A model generated the notes under the pieces. The model was given only the letters and a program-made list of their open reading frames with translations. It was not told where the DNA came from and ran no database searches. The translations under genes and the position numbers were made by a program. A DNA stretch of 41,071 nucleotides, taken from a virus. Taxonomy: Duplodnaviria > Caudoviricetes. Below are positions 1-7,158 of this stretch, piece by piece (position 1 is the first letter of the stretch; the number at the start of each line of letters is the position of its first letter). Where the stretch lies: positions 1 to 41,071 of the IMG/VR virus record IMGVR_UViG_3300037047_000141; one strand, written 5' to 3'.

Positions 1-156
1 ATTGCAGTTTAAGCAAACCATGATCTCAATTCTTCTGAACATGGCCAGCTGGATCCACTCCCAGAATGTGAGTTTGAATTCAGAGGCATTATAATGAGAA
101 ACCCAAACTCTTCGAAAGTTCTTAGATCCACATCGATTACAAACCTTTTTTTTCAT
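1..156 (-). CDS. Small zinc-ribbon protein, runs off the window edge (not in ORF track)
   Basis: ATG at 156-154 overlaps the upstream TGA (ATGA coupling); reads MKKKVCNRCGSKNFRRVWVSHYNASEFKLTFWEWIQLAMFRRIEIMVCLNCN with two CxxC pairs. Confidence 0.7.
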   Translation of the reverse strand, partial: MKKKVCNRCGSKNFRRVWVSHYNASEFKLTFWEWIQLAMFRRIEIMVCLNCN

Positions 157-407
157 GGCTTCCAATCCAAATTAATTCGATCCAGATACGGTTCCAGGGC
201 TTCCACAGTTTTAAAGGTTCTGAACTTGTAAATGGAATTTTTCTTGCTATCATACCAGACTTCAACAAAAAAATCAAACAGGCTGTACAGGTTATAAGAA
301 TACTTGTCATCCATACGATTGATGAGGAATACTCCTTTATCCCAAAGCAGCTCAGCCTGCTCGTCCGGAGTAAATTGATTATACTCGTATAAACCGAGTT
401 TATCCAT
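153..407 (-). CDS. Hypothetical protein, Bacteroidota-type small family
   Basis: 84 aa ORF tightly packed between neighbours; LYEYN..EQAELLWDKG...FFVEVWY...LEPYL pattern recalled from Bacteroidota proteins. Confidence 0.75.
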   Translation of the reverse strand: MDKLGLYEYNQFTPDEQAELLWDKGVFLINRMDDKYSYNLYSLFDFFVEVWYDSKKNSIYKFRTFKTVEALEPYLDRINLDWKP

Positions 408-409
408 AA

Positions 410-799
410 CTATTGGATTGGAATTTTAATTCCAACACCCGAATCCGAAACACTTATATTCTGTAGAATCTTCCCTGCTTTTGCTTTTCTGATATGGCCA
501 ACCACTTGAAAAACAATTCCCGCTACAATCATTCCTGCTCCAACATAATATGTTTCCGGAGTTGTATTTACTTTATCCAACTCAGGGAGTAAAATAAGAA
601 TTACTCCTGTAGATTGAAGGAGTACACCAGTGTATCCGTTTCTTCCGGACTTCTCCAAACTAATACCTACCGATTTTAAATTTTGATAAACCTCATAACT
701 ATCTCCCTGGGGAATAGTGTCAAGATTTTGAGCAGTGGAATTTAATTGTGATAAAAGCATGATGCACATTATAAATGTGACTTTTACAAGAGTTTTCAT
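410..799 (-). CDS. Exported/membrane hypothetical protein
   Basis: N-terminal signal peptide (ending STA-Q), two Gly-rich hydrophobic segments, C-terminal GVGIKIPIQ strand. Confidence 0.75.
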   Translation of the reverse strand: MKTLVKVTFIMCIMLLSQLNSTAQNLDTIPQGDSYEVYQNLKSVGISLEKSGRNGYTGVLLQSTGVILILLPELDKVNTTPETYYVGAGMIVAGIVFQVVGHIRKAKAGKILQNISVSDSGVGIKIPIQ

Positions 800-823
800 T
801 AAAGTTTATCGTTTTAGTTCAAT

Positions 824-831
824 CAAATATA
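824..831 (-). promoter_or_regulatory. Bacteroidota sigma-A -7 element for the leftward accessory operon
   Basis: TATATTTG (TAnnTTTG) on the minus strand, 24 nt upstream of the ATG at 799. Confidence 0.55.
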
Positions 832-854
832 ATCATTTCTCCGGTACACCACTT

Positions 855-1265
855 TCATCCTGCAATACGATCGTGGTTCGTACCTGGATGATGTTTGTTC
901 TCGAGTAACTTTTCAATGTTCCTGGCATGAATCAAAGCTGCATCGCTCAGCTTTGCTATTGATTCCTGCTGGCTCTGGATGATATCCAAAGCCTTTGAAA
1001 TATTATCTATGGCCGCCTTGCTCTCTACCGGCATGTCCTTCTTATCTTCCTTCAACATGTTACCTTCTCCGGTGAGCAGCCAAACTTCTTCAATGTCGCT
1101 ATAGAAATTCAATATCTTTTCTATAGCCCCTTTTGACAAATCACGATCGGTTTTTCTACTTTTCCCTAATAAGCCAACTGATAAACCTAGCTGAACGGTA
1201 ACCTTGTTATCGTTTAAACCTTTTGAAACCATGTACTTATCAAAGCGATCAATAATTTTTTCCAT
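855..1265 (-). CDS. Cro/CI-type HTH repressor 1, no S24 peptidase domain
   Basis: N-terminal HTH ending WLLTGEGNML; C-terminal coiled coil IIQSQQESIAKLSD. Confidence 0.85.
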   Translation of the reverse strand: MEKIIDRFDKYMVSKGLNDNKVTVQLGLSVGLLGKSRKTDRDLSKGAIEKILNFYSDIEEVWLLTGEGNMLKEDKKDMPVESKAAIDNISKALDIIQSQQESIAKLSDAALIHARNIEKLLENKHHPGTNHDRIAG

Positions 1266-1323
1266 AAATATAGAAGAAAATTCAAAAAATATTTGACAAA
1301 TATAGAAGAATGTTCTACATTTG
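1266..1323. promoter_or_regulatory. Divergent promoter/operator region of cassette 1
   Basis: AAATATAGAAGAA at 1266-1278 and 1298-1310; dyad CAAATATAGAA-N5-TTCTACATTTG at 1297-1323; rightward TTTG(1292-1295)-20 nt-TACATTTG(1316-1323); leftward TATATTTG at 1304-1297. Confidence 0.8.
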
Positions 1324-1353
1324 CGACATGTTTAACCCTCAAAAACGGCAAAA

Positions 1354-1542
1354 ATGAAAAAAACTTTTGTTTACGACCAGGAAGGTCGTGTTGTTGAAGA
1401 AACAGTTGTACTGGATGACACCGATCTCCGCATTAAAGCTGCTGAGTTGGCCAGTGGTCACGCTCAATACATGGACCCGATCCAAATACAGGATAAAGTT
1501 TATGACTTCCTGAACGGACAGAAAACTACTGCTGAAGTTTAA
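1354..1542 (+). CDS. Small helical protein divergent from repressor 1
   Basis: 62 aa ORF downstream of a consensus promoter with an A-rich start context; DLRIKAAELA...VYDFL. Confidence 0.75.
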   Translation: MKKTFVYDQEGRVVEETVVLDDTDLRIKAAELASGHAQYMDPIQIQDKVYDFLNGQKTTAEV

Positions 1543-1723
1543 GTAGTGATTCAGGGAAATCAAAAAACTTATCATCCCTAAAACACCTTACAATAGGAGA
1601 TTCCGACCTTGGCCAGAGCTCTTGTTTCTCAGGATTCAGATAACCTATTACAAAATAGGTTTTGTCCATTAACCCCGAGAGGTTCAGGTAAACGCTGTCA
1701 CCAACATTGAATTTCATTTTCAT
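1526..1723 (-). CDS. YodC/DUF2158-like small SH3-type protein
   Basis: FNVGDSVYL...C...FPESLL pattern; lies 11 nt downstream of repressor 2. Confidence 0.6.
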   Translation of the reverse strand: MKMKFNVGDSVYLNLSGLMDKTYFVIGYLNPEKQELWPRSESPIVRCFRDDKFFDFPESLLKLQQ

Positions 1724-1734
1724 CGTTCTTTGAT

Positions 1735-2082
1735 TTATTGGTCCTTGTTAGGTTTAAAGTCTTCGGTTAAAGTTAAAAGCCGGTCGGTAAGCTTCGAGAT
1801 AGTTTCCTGTTGCTTCAGGATGATATCATAGAGCTTTCCGGATTCCACTGATTCCTCCCGGGCAGGAGCTTGATCTGCTTTCAGCATTTCGCCTTCGCCG
1901 GTCAATAACCAGCCAGTATTAAGGTCTGGAAACTGCTTAGCAATCATAAGCACTTTTTCAGGTTGAATGGATACCCTCATTGTACTTATATAGGTACTGG
2001 ACAGTCCAACAATTGAGCAAAACTTTCTTTCACTCAAATGCTTGTACTCTATGAACTCTCTAAGTCTCTCTTTTACAGACAT
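1735..2082 (-). CDS. Cro/CI-type HTH repressor 2 (probable main repressor), no S24 peptidase domain
   Basis: SVKERLREFIEY...WLLTGEGEML HTH; C-terminal coiled coil IILKQQETISKLTD. Confidence 0.85.
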   Translation of the reverse strand: MSVKERLREFIEYKHLSERKFCSIVGLSSTYISTMRVSIQPEKVLMIAKQFPDLNTGWLLTGEGEMLKADQAPAREESVESGKLYDIILKQQETISKLTDRLLTLTEDFKPNKDQ

Positions 2083-2091
2083 TTCAAAAAA

Positions 2092-2157
2092 TTATGCAAA
2101 ATGACTAAATTATTTATGCAAAATGTTTGCATAATGCTTAACAATGTTGTATATTTG
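2092..2157. promoter_or_regulatory. Early rightward promoter and operator of cassette 2
   Basis: TTATGCAAAATG at 2092-2103 and 2114-2125; perfect dyad TTATGCAAA-atg-TTTGCATAA at 2114-2134; TTTG(2126-2129)-20 nt-TATATTTG(2150-2157). Confidence 0.8.
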
Positions 2158-2190
2158 CGACATCATTACACCGATAAAGCAAATACGACA

Positions 2191-2463
2191 ATGCAAAACT
2201 TTACCGAAATTCCTTCCAGGGACCTGATTAAAGCCGAAGCCTTAAGGATCGCACAACCATTTTACCCAGCCGATCAGGATGGGTTCACTTTGCCTGATGT
2301 GATACTTGACTTCCTGGCTTCGGCCAGTGATCCTATTGATTACTCAAAAAGGATTCATGCAGCACATCACAGCTACAAGTGCCATGCTGATAAAGGCGAC
2401 TTCGCAGAAACCGACTTCATCAGCACAATGAATGCAACCTACAAATTCCTGACAAAGGAATAA
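2191..2463 (+). CDS. Small helical protein divergent from repressor 2 (start revised from 2038 to 2191)
   Basis: First in-frame ATG downstream of the promoter; the 2038 start would overlap the repressor and operator. Confidence 0.75.
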   Translation: MQNFTEIPSRDLIKAEALRIAQPFYPADQDGFTLPDVILDFLASASDPIDYSKRIHAAHHSYKCHADKGDFAETDFISTMNATYKFLTKE

Positions 2464-2517
2464 CGTTTCAAAAATAGAACAAAGTTTTAAAAAAAGCAAT
2501 ACCAAATTTTAAGTATC

Positions 2518-2754
2518 ATGAAACTCAAATCTGAGATTATCGAAAGAATCAACGGGAGATCCGATGTAAAAAAGGACCTTCTTAAGGAATTGAAGATAAC
2601 CCGTAGCTCGCTCTGGAGGTTTTTGAAAGACAACATTTCAAACGGACCGCTGACAACTTACAAAGCTCTCCTGATTATTTCCAATGCCCTGGCCATAACG
2701 CCAGAGGAAGCATTGATTGATGATCCTGCACTAAAGCAAGAGGAGGAGATATGA
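2518..2754 (+). CDS. Cro-like HTH regulator
   Basis: 78 aa basic protein with LLKELKITRSSLWRFL HTH; early position. Confidence 0.7.
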   Translation: MKLKSEIIERINGRSDVKKDLLKELKITRSSLWRFLKDNISNGPLTTYKALLIISNALAITPEEALIDDPALKQEEEI

Positions 2755-3242
2755 ACCAGTCCCTCACAGCGATTAATTGCATTGAGTACTTCGAGAAAGA
2801 CGGACGTTTCTATGCCTTAACTGGTGGGGTTGTTTCAGAAGTACTTCCTGGAACCAGGCTTTATTTGATTGCATTAGAGGCCGCTGTTTCTCACCCTGAT
2901 TATCCAAAATTCAAAAAGAAGTATCATATGGGTAATGATATGGTTTTCGGGTTCCTTCATGACTACCTGTCGGGATTCAACCATACTGCCGATATCGTAG
3001 ATGGTAAGCTTTGTGATGCTGATGGTGACAGGGTTGCAATGGTAGGAGAGTCCACAATTACTCCCAGGGAACGCGATGTGATCCGGGAGATTTCCAAAGG
3101 CTTTGCTGACAAGCAGGTTGCTGATCGACTTCATATCGCCACCAATACTGTAATCACTATTCTCAAAAACCTCCGGGAGAAAACCGGGGCAACTTCCAAA
3201 TACCACATTGTGTCATTAGCAGCTAAAGCAGGAGTAATATGA
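2751..3242 (+). CDS. LuxR/GerE C-terminal HTH transcriptional regulator
   Basis: ITPRERDVIREISKGFADKQVADRLHIATNTVITILKNLREKTG. Confidence 0.85.
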   Translation: MNQSLTAINCIEYFEKDGRFYALTGGVVSEVLPGTRLYLIALEAAVSHPDYPKFKKKYHMGNDMVFGFLHDYLSGFNHTADIVDGKLCDADGDRVAMVGESTITPRERDVIREISKGFADKQVADRLHIATNTVITILKNLREKTGATSKYHIVSLAAKAGVI

Positions 3243-3580
3243 ATACTGCAGAATCAACCTTATTACATGGAATCACCCCTGATGGGTTAAGAGATTTGAT
3301 ATCACAGGAGACTAACAGGCTATTGGTTTATAACCCGGATAAGTTTTACAATGTGCTGGTCTCTGGTGAGCATTTCTGCTTGATTCACTCAATTTCAAGA
3401 GTCACATTGCAGCGCTGGATAAAGCTTGGTATTGTAAATCCTGAGTTCCGCGATGATGAAAAGGATCATTATAGATTCAGACTATCGGATGTATTGAAAT
3501 TTGATGTTGACTCGATTAAGCGCAAGCGTAATAAGCAATTGATTTTGCTAAATGCCGAGAGTAGAAAGAAGAGAAAATAG
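3239..3580 (+). CDS. Excisionase/MerR-like winged-HTH protein
   Basis: ISRVTLQRWIKLGIV...YRFRLSDV. Confidence 0.65.
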   Translation: MNTAESTLLHGITPDGLRDLISQETNRLLVYNPDKFYNVLVSGEHFCLIHSISRVTLQRWIKLGIVNPEFRDDEKDHYRFRLSDVLKFDVDSIKRKRNKQLILLNAESRKKRK

Positions 3581-3600
3581 AAAGCAGAGAAATCAACAAC

Positions 3601-3676
3601 TGTGGGATAGAGCAGAGGTCAGCTCATTGGGCTCATAACCCAAAGGTCGGAGGTTCGAATCCTTCTCCCGCAACCA
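3601..3676 (+). tRNA. tRNA-Met(CAT), initiator-type, with encoded CCA
   Basis: Cloverleaf: TGTGGGA/TCCCGCA acceptor, GAGC/GCTC D-stem (A11-U24), TTGGG-CTCATAA-CCCAA anticodon arm with three G-C pairs, GGAGG-TTCGAAT-CCTTC T-arm, ACCA end. Confidence 0.93.
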
Positions 3677-3695
3677 GACACTAATACCTGAAATT

Positions 3696-3893
3696 ATGAA
3701 AATAGAACTCAAAGGTGAAATTGATTCTGAACTCCTGGGCTTAGGATGCAAAGCAGGAGATGTCATTGAAGTTACTCCGGATCCAGTCAGCAAAGTAGGT
3801 GCAATGAATTTCACCAGACATAAGTCTGGAATTACATGCAACTGCGTGGTATGGCCGGTAAATTATACAATTGTTCCATCTGAAACCAATTAA
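3696..3893 (+). CDS. Hypothetical phage protein
   Basis: 65 aa ORF in operon orientation. Confidence 0.6.
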   Translation: MKIELKGEIDSELLGLGCKAGDVIEVTPDPVSKVGAMNFTRHKSGITCNCVVWPVNYTIVPSETN

Positions 3894-3896
3894 CAC

Positions 3897-4124
3897 ATGA
3901 AAACAGTAAAGCAACTCTATGATGAGTTTTGCGCAAAGTACACAGTTGACCAGGTAAGTCACGATAAAGAATTGAGTATGATATACGCATATCTTAAGTA
4001 TCAATGCTCGATGGCTAATGGAAACTATACACATGTACCGGGACCTGCAATGCAGGGAATGGTTGAAAAACACCTGGAGTATGAATACGAAAAAAGCCTT
4101 GCCATTGCTGACAAGACTTTTTAA
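3897..4124 (+). CDS. Hypothetical phage protein
   Basis: 75 aa ORF starting 3 nt after the previous stop. Confidence 0.65.
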   Translation: MKTVKQLYDEFCAKYTVDQVSHDKELSMIYAYLKYQCSMANGNYTHVPGPAMQGMVEKHLEYEYEKSLAIADKTF

Positions 4125-4224
4125 AAAGCAATACGACTTTGCCTGAAGGTGTAAAGGTACAACCATAGGCAAGTCAAATGCAAATTATAACATCGAAACT
4201 TATTAACCCCAAATCAATACGACA

Positions 4225-5280
4225 ATGCCAATTTTAAAAAAAGAAGAAAGCCTCCCCGAACGTCCGGTTGTGATAGTTCTCTATGGGGAGCCGGGGATCG
4301 GGAAAACCTCCCTGTTCAACACGGCCAACAATCCACTTTTACTTGATTTCGATAGGGGAGTGGATCGAAGTATCAATCGACAGGATACTTTGCTCGTAAC
4401 CAAGTGGGAAGATGTTCAGGATGAAGAGAAAGCCGGAACCTTCGCCAACTATGCAACCATCGGCATCGATACTGCTAAAGCTGCATTGGATGACTTCCTG
4501 ATGTCATACGTGGTCAAACAAGACTACAAGATGGCCAAGAATAAACTTGCTGCATACGGAGGCATCGGGGATGAATTCAAAATCTTCACCAGTAACCGAA
4601 GATCAGAAAATGCAGACCTGGTTATTATCTGCCATGCAAAGGACGAAAAGGAAGGTGATATTATAAAGAAGATCCCAGATGTAACTGGCCAGTCTTATAA
4701 CCTCCTGCTCCGTATTGCTGACCAGGTTGGTTACATGAAAACGGTCAACAACAAACGGACCATCCAATTTGAGCCAACCGACACTACCATTGGTAAAAAC
4801 GTTGCCCGTATTCCTGCAGTTGAGATTCCGGATGAAAGCAGCCATGATTTTAAAACTTTCATGGCAGATCTGATCACCAATGTAAAGCTTGCAATTCAAA
4901 CCATGTCTGAGGCTCAGAAAGAAGCTCTTGAGAAAATGGAAAAGTATCAGGCAGAGGTGCAGGAATGCAATGATCCGGATGATCTCACAAACCTTCTTTC
5001 AGTTGCAAAGGAACTGCCTCCATCATTTCGCGCAGTAGTTGAAAAGCTGATTATAGATCGTTCTAAGGCGCTTGGTTTTGTAGTCAATAAAGAGAAAAAA
5101 TGTTTTGAGGATCCAACTGCAAAAACAAATACTCCCACCGCTCAGACTCCACCAGCAACTCCAGCACCTGTATCACCTGCAGTTATTCCTGATCCTCAAC
5201 AGACATCTCCTGCAAATGGCATTCAGCTTCCATCACAATCGAGGAAGTGGAAGAATGAACCTGCACCTACAAACACTTAA
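4225..5280 (+). CDS. AAA_24/Sak4-like P-loop recombination ATPase
   Basis: Walker A YGEPGIGKT, LLDFDRG, IGIDT, ICHAK motifs; Pro/Thr-rich tail. Confidence 0.85.
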   Translation: MPILKKEESLPERPVVIVLYGEPGIGKTSLFNTANNPLLLDFDRGVDRSINRQDTLLVTKWEDVQDEEKAGTFANYATIGIDTAKAALDDFLMSYVVKQDYKMAKNKLAAYGGIGDEFKIFTSNRRSENADLVIICHAKDEKEGDIIKKIPDVTGQSYNLLLRIADQVGYMKTVNNKRTIQFEPTDTTIGKNVARIPAVEIPDESSHDFKTFMADLITNVKLAIQTMSEAQKEALEKMEKYQAEVQECNDPDDLTNLLSVAKELPPSFRAVVEKLIIDRSKALGFVVNKEKKCFEDPTAKTNTPTAQTPPATPAPVSPAVIPDPQQTSPANGIQLPSQSRKWKNEPAPTNT

Positions 5281-5283
5281 GCC

Positions 5284-5943
5284 ATGACTTACAGGGTATC
5301 AGTTTCAGTCCTTGAAAAGTTCCGCAGGTTCCGGGAAGGCCTCACTCAGTATGACACTGAGGGGGCTCTCCTGGATGCCATCACCGGAAAGTTTGAAGGC
5401 AATGATAAAACCATGATCGGAGGCGCTTTTCATAAGATCATTGAAAAGTACAACCGGGATTTTGTCTCCGGAGAGCTTTTTACCGATGGGATATTCTTTT
5501 CTCAGGATCAGGCTCAGGTTGCGGTAAACTACCGAAACGAGCACAAGAAAATGATCAAAGAGGTATCAATATCGAAAAATTATGATGCCGGGAATATTAT
5601 TATTCAGGTATCTGCCAGGGCTGATGGTGTGGAGGGACTTTGTATCCGGGATGCAAAAACAAAGTTCTCTCCTCCCTCAGCAACCGAGTACTTCAACTCC
5701 TACCAGTGGAGATTCTACCTCGATATGTTTCAGGTGCCGGTATTCTATTACGATTTATTCGAGATTACAAACTACACCGGCATTTATAACAACCGCCTTC
5801 CCGGGGTTGTGATAGTTCCCTATGAGCCATTTGAATGTCTGGCTTATGAACATATGGCTGAGGATGTCAATCAGCTGGTTCGCGATTTTGCACAATACAT
5901 CAGAATTAAAAATTTCACCCACCTTTTAAAACAAGTTGCATAA
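5284..5943 (+). CDS. PD-(D/E)xK (RecB/Cas4-like) exonuclease
   Basis: GGAFH, RADG...IRDAKT, YQWRFY motifs; directly follows the Sak4-like gene. Confidence 0.75.
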   Translation: MTYRVSVSVLEKFRRFREGLTQYDTEGALLDAITGKFEGNDKTMIGGAFHKIIEKYNRDFVSGELFTDGIFFSQDQAQVAVNYRNEHKKMIKEVSISKNYDAGNIIIQVSARADGVEGLCIRDAKTKFSPPSATEYFNSYQWRFYLDMFQVPVFYYDLFEITNYTGIYNNRLPGVVIVPYEPFECLAYEHMAEDVNQLVRDFAQYIRIKNFTHLLKQVA

Positions 5944-6410
5944 TGGAAAACGCAATCACCCAATTTACCTACCTACCTTCATCAAAGGCAGAGAGGGAAG
6001 TCTTCGTCCAAATGTGCGTTGACGAAATTACCTCCGGTACAAGAAATCCTCTCGAATTTGAGATCATGCTCAAGAACCTTGAGGAAACCATTTCTGCCAT
6101 CCGGAAACGGCCAGAAGTTAAAGAGATTGTTCTTGAAGAAGCAGAAAAGTATCCTGAGAAAACCATTTCCTTTAAGGGTGTTAAGATCACAAAGGCTTCA
6201 AAAACGACTTTCTATTTCAACGAATGTGGAGACTCAGTTTACAACGAATTAGCAACTCAACTGAGCAACCTCAAAGAGAAGGTTAAAGAGCGTGAAACCT
6301 TCCTGAAGACCATCAAGCCTGAAATGGAAATTCCTGATGTGAATACAGGCGAAATTATCCGACCACCACAGACAGCCACCACTTCTTATCTGACAATCTC
6401 AATGCCATGA
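5943..6410 (+). CDS. Conserved hypothetical phage protein
   Basis: 155 aa ORF, TAATG-coupled to the exonuclease. Confidence 0.75.
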   Translation: MENAITQFTYLPSSKAEREVFVQMCVDEITSGTRNPLEFEIMLKNLEETISAIRKRPEVKEIVLEEAEKYPEKTISFKGVKITKASKTTFYFNECGDSVYNELATQLSNLKEKVKERETFLKTIKPEMEIPDVNTGEIIRPPQTATTSYLTISMP

Positions 6411-6706
6411 TTAGGCTGAACTCTATCACTACAATTTTTAATGAAACACGGTTTTTAGAAACCAACATCCTGAGGGCTTCCGGGTCCTCAGGATCCTTAA
6501 TCGAACAAGCAAGTTTATCCCTGCTCAATCAATACGAAAGAGCCACCGGCAAGAAAGTTTCAATCCCTCAATATCAACCCAAAATTTCATCACAATGTCA
6601 ACCATCATCGTTAAAAAAGCAAAACTCAAAGACAGAAGTCTTGAGGTCAACCTCGAAGAAACTATCACCACTTCCGGAGGTGGATCAGTTACAAATGAAA
6701 TTCTAA
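6407..6706 (+). CDS. Hypothetical protein
   Basis: ATGA-coupled start; 3' end overlaps the next gene by 112 nt. Confidence 0.5.
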   Translation: MIRLNSITTIFNETRFLETNILRASGSSGSLIEQASLSLLNQYERATGKKVSIPQYQPKISSQCQPSSLKKQNSKTEVLRSTSKKLSPLPEVDQLQMKF

Positions 6707-7134
6707 AGAAGTGCAACACCCTGGTCCATGATGACCTGATCGCAGCCTTTGACCACCTCAAAATTCATATGGTGAAAGCCTGTGATTTCAAGAAGAGCGA
6801 GCTTATCGATCGAACCACTATCGACGATTTCGATTTGTCTTTTCTCTCGGATTACCGGATAAAAGGCTTTTCAATTGGAGGGGCAGATGATAATGAAGGT
6901 GTTGTCCTGATCGGTTCCCGGGAGTTTTCTTCCGGCAAAGTACTGAACATTATCACTCCTTTCATCCGGTATGCTGACGAGATTGATCCTTATGAGTTTT
7001 CTTGTGAGTTGGCCGATGCTATAAACGCTGCAGTCTATGAAGTTGAGCAATATCTCTTTGCTGACAAGTATGCTGTGAAGCAATTGGAGATTCCATTTGA
7101 TGAGGAAGGTAACGATGAAAATGAAGCAGCCTAA
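6595..7134 (+). CDS. Conserved hypothetical phage protein with acidic tail
   Basis: 179 aa; ends KQLEIPFDEEGNDENEAA. Confidence 0.75.
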   Translation: MSTIIVKKAKLKDRSLEVNLEETITTSGGGSVTNEILKKCNTLVHDDLIAAFDHLKIHMVKACDFKKSELIDRTTIDDFDLSFLSDYRIKGFSIGGADDNEGVVLIGSREFSSGKVLNIITPFIRYADEIDPYEFSCELADAINAAVYEVEQYLFADKYAVKQLEIPFDEEGNDENEAA

Positions 7135-7158
7135 TTATTAACCTAAAGCAATACGACA

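Noticed and set aside
839-850. CTCCGGTACACC, an 11/12 match to the attR region (40955-40966), as attL
   Set aside because: No tRNA body precedes it and phage-like accessory genes continue leftward; too short to exclude chance.
1098-1127. Inverted repeat GCTATAGAAA-N10-TTTCTATAGC inside repressor 1
   Set aside because: It shares TATAGAA with the operator but has different spacing and lies in coding sequence; it cannot be supported as an operator.
2038-2190. N-terminal extension of ORF 2038..2463
   Set aside because: It overlaps the repressor gene, operator and promoter; the ATG at 2191 is far more plausible.
3601-3676. tRNA-Met as the integration site
   Set aside because: It is complete, internal to the early operon and not duplicated near the integrase.
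3593-3841. Minus-strand 82-aa ORF
   Set aside because: It is the antisense reading of the tRNA (WLREKDSNLRPLGYEPNEL is the classic tRNA shadow).
4141-4175. Hammerhead ribozyme (CTGAAG start)
   Set aside because: It lacks the CUGANGA/GAAA core.
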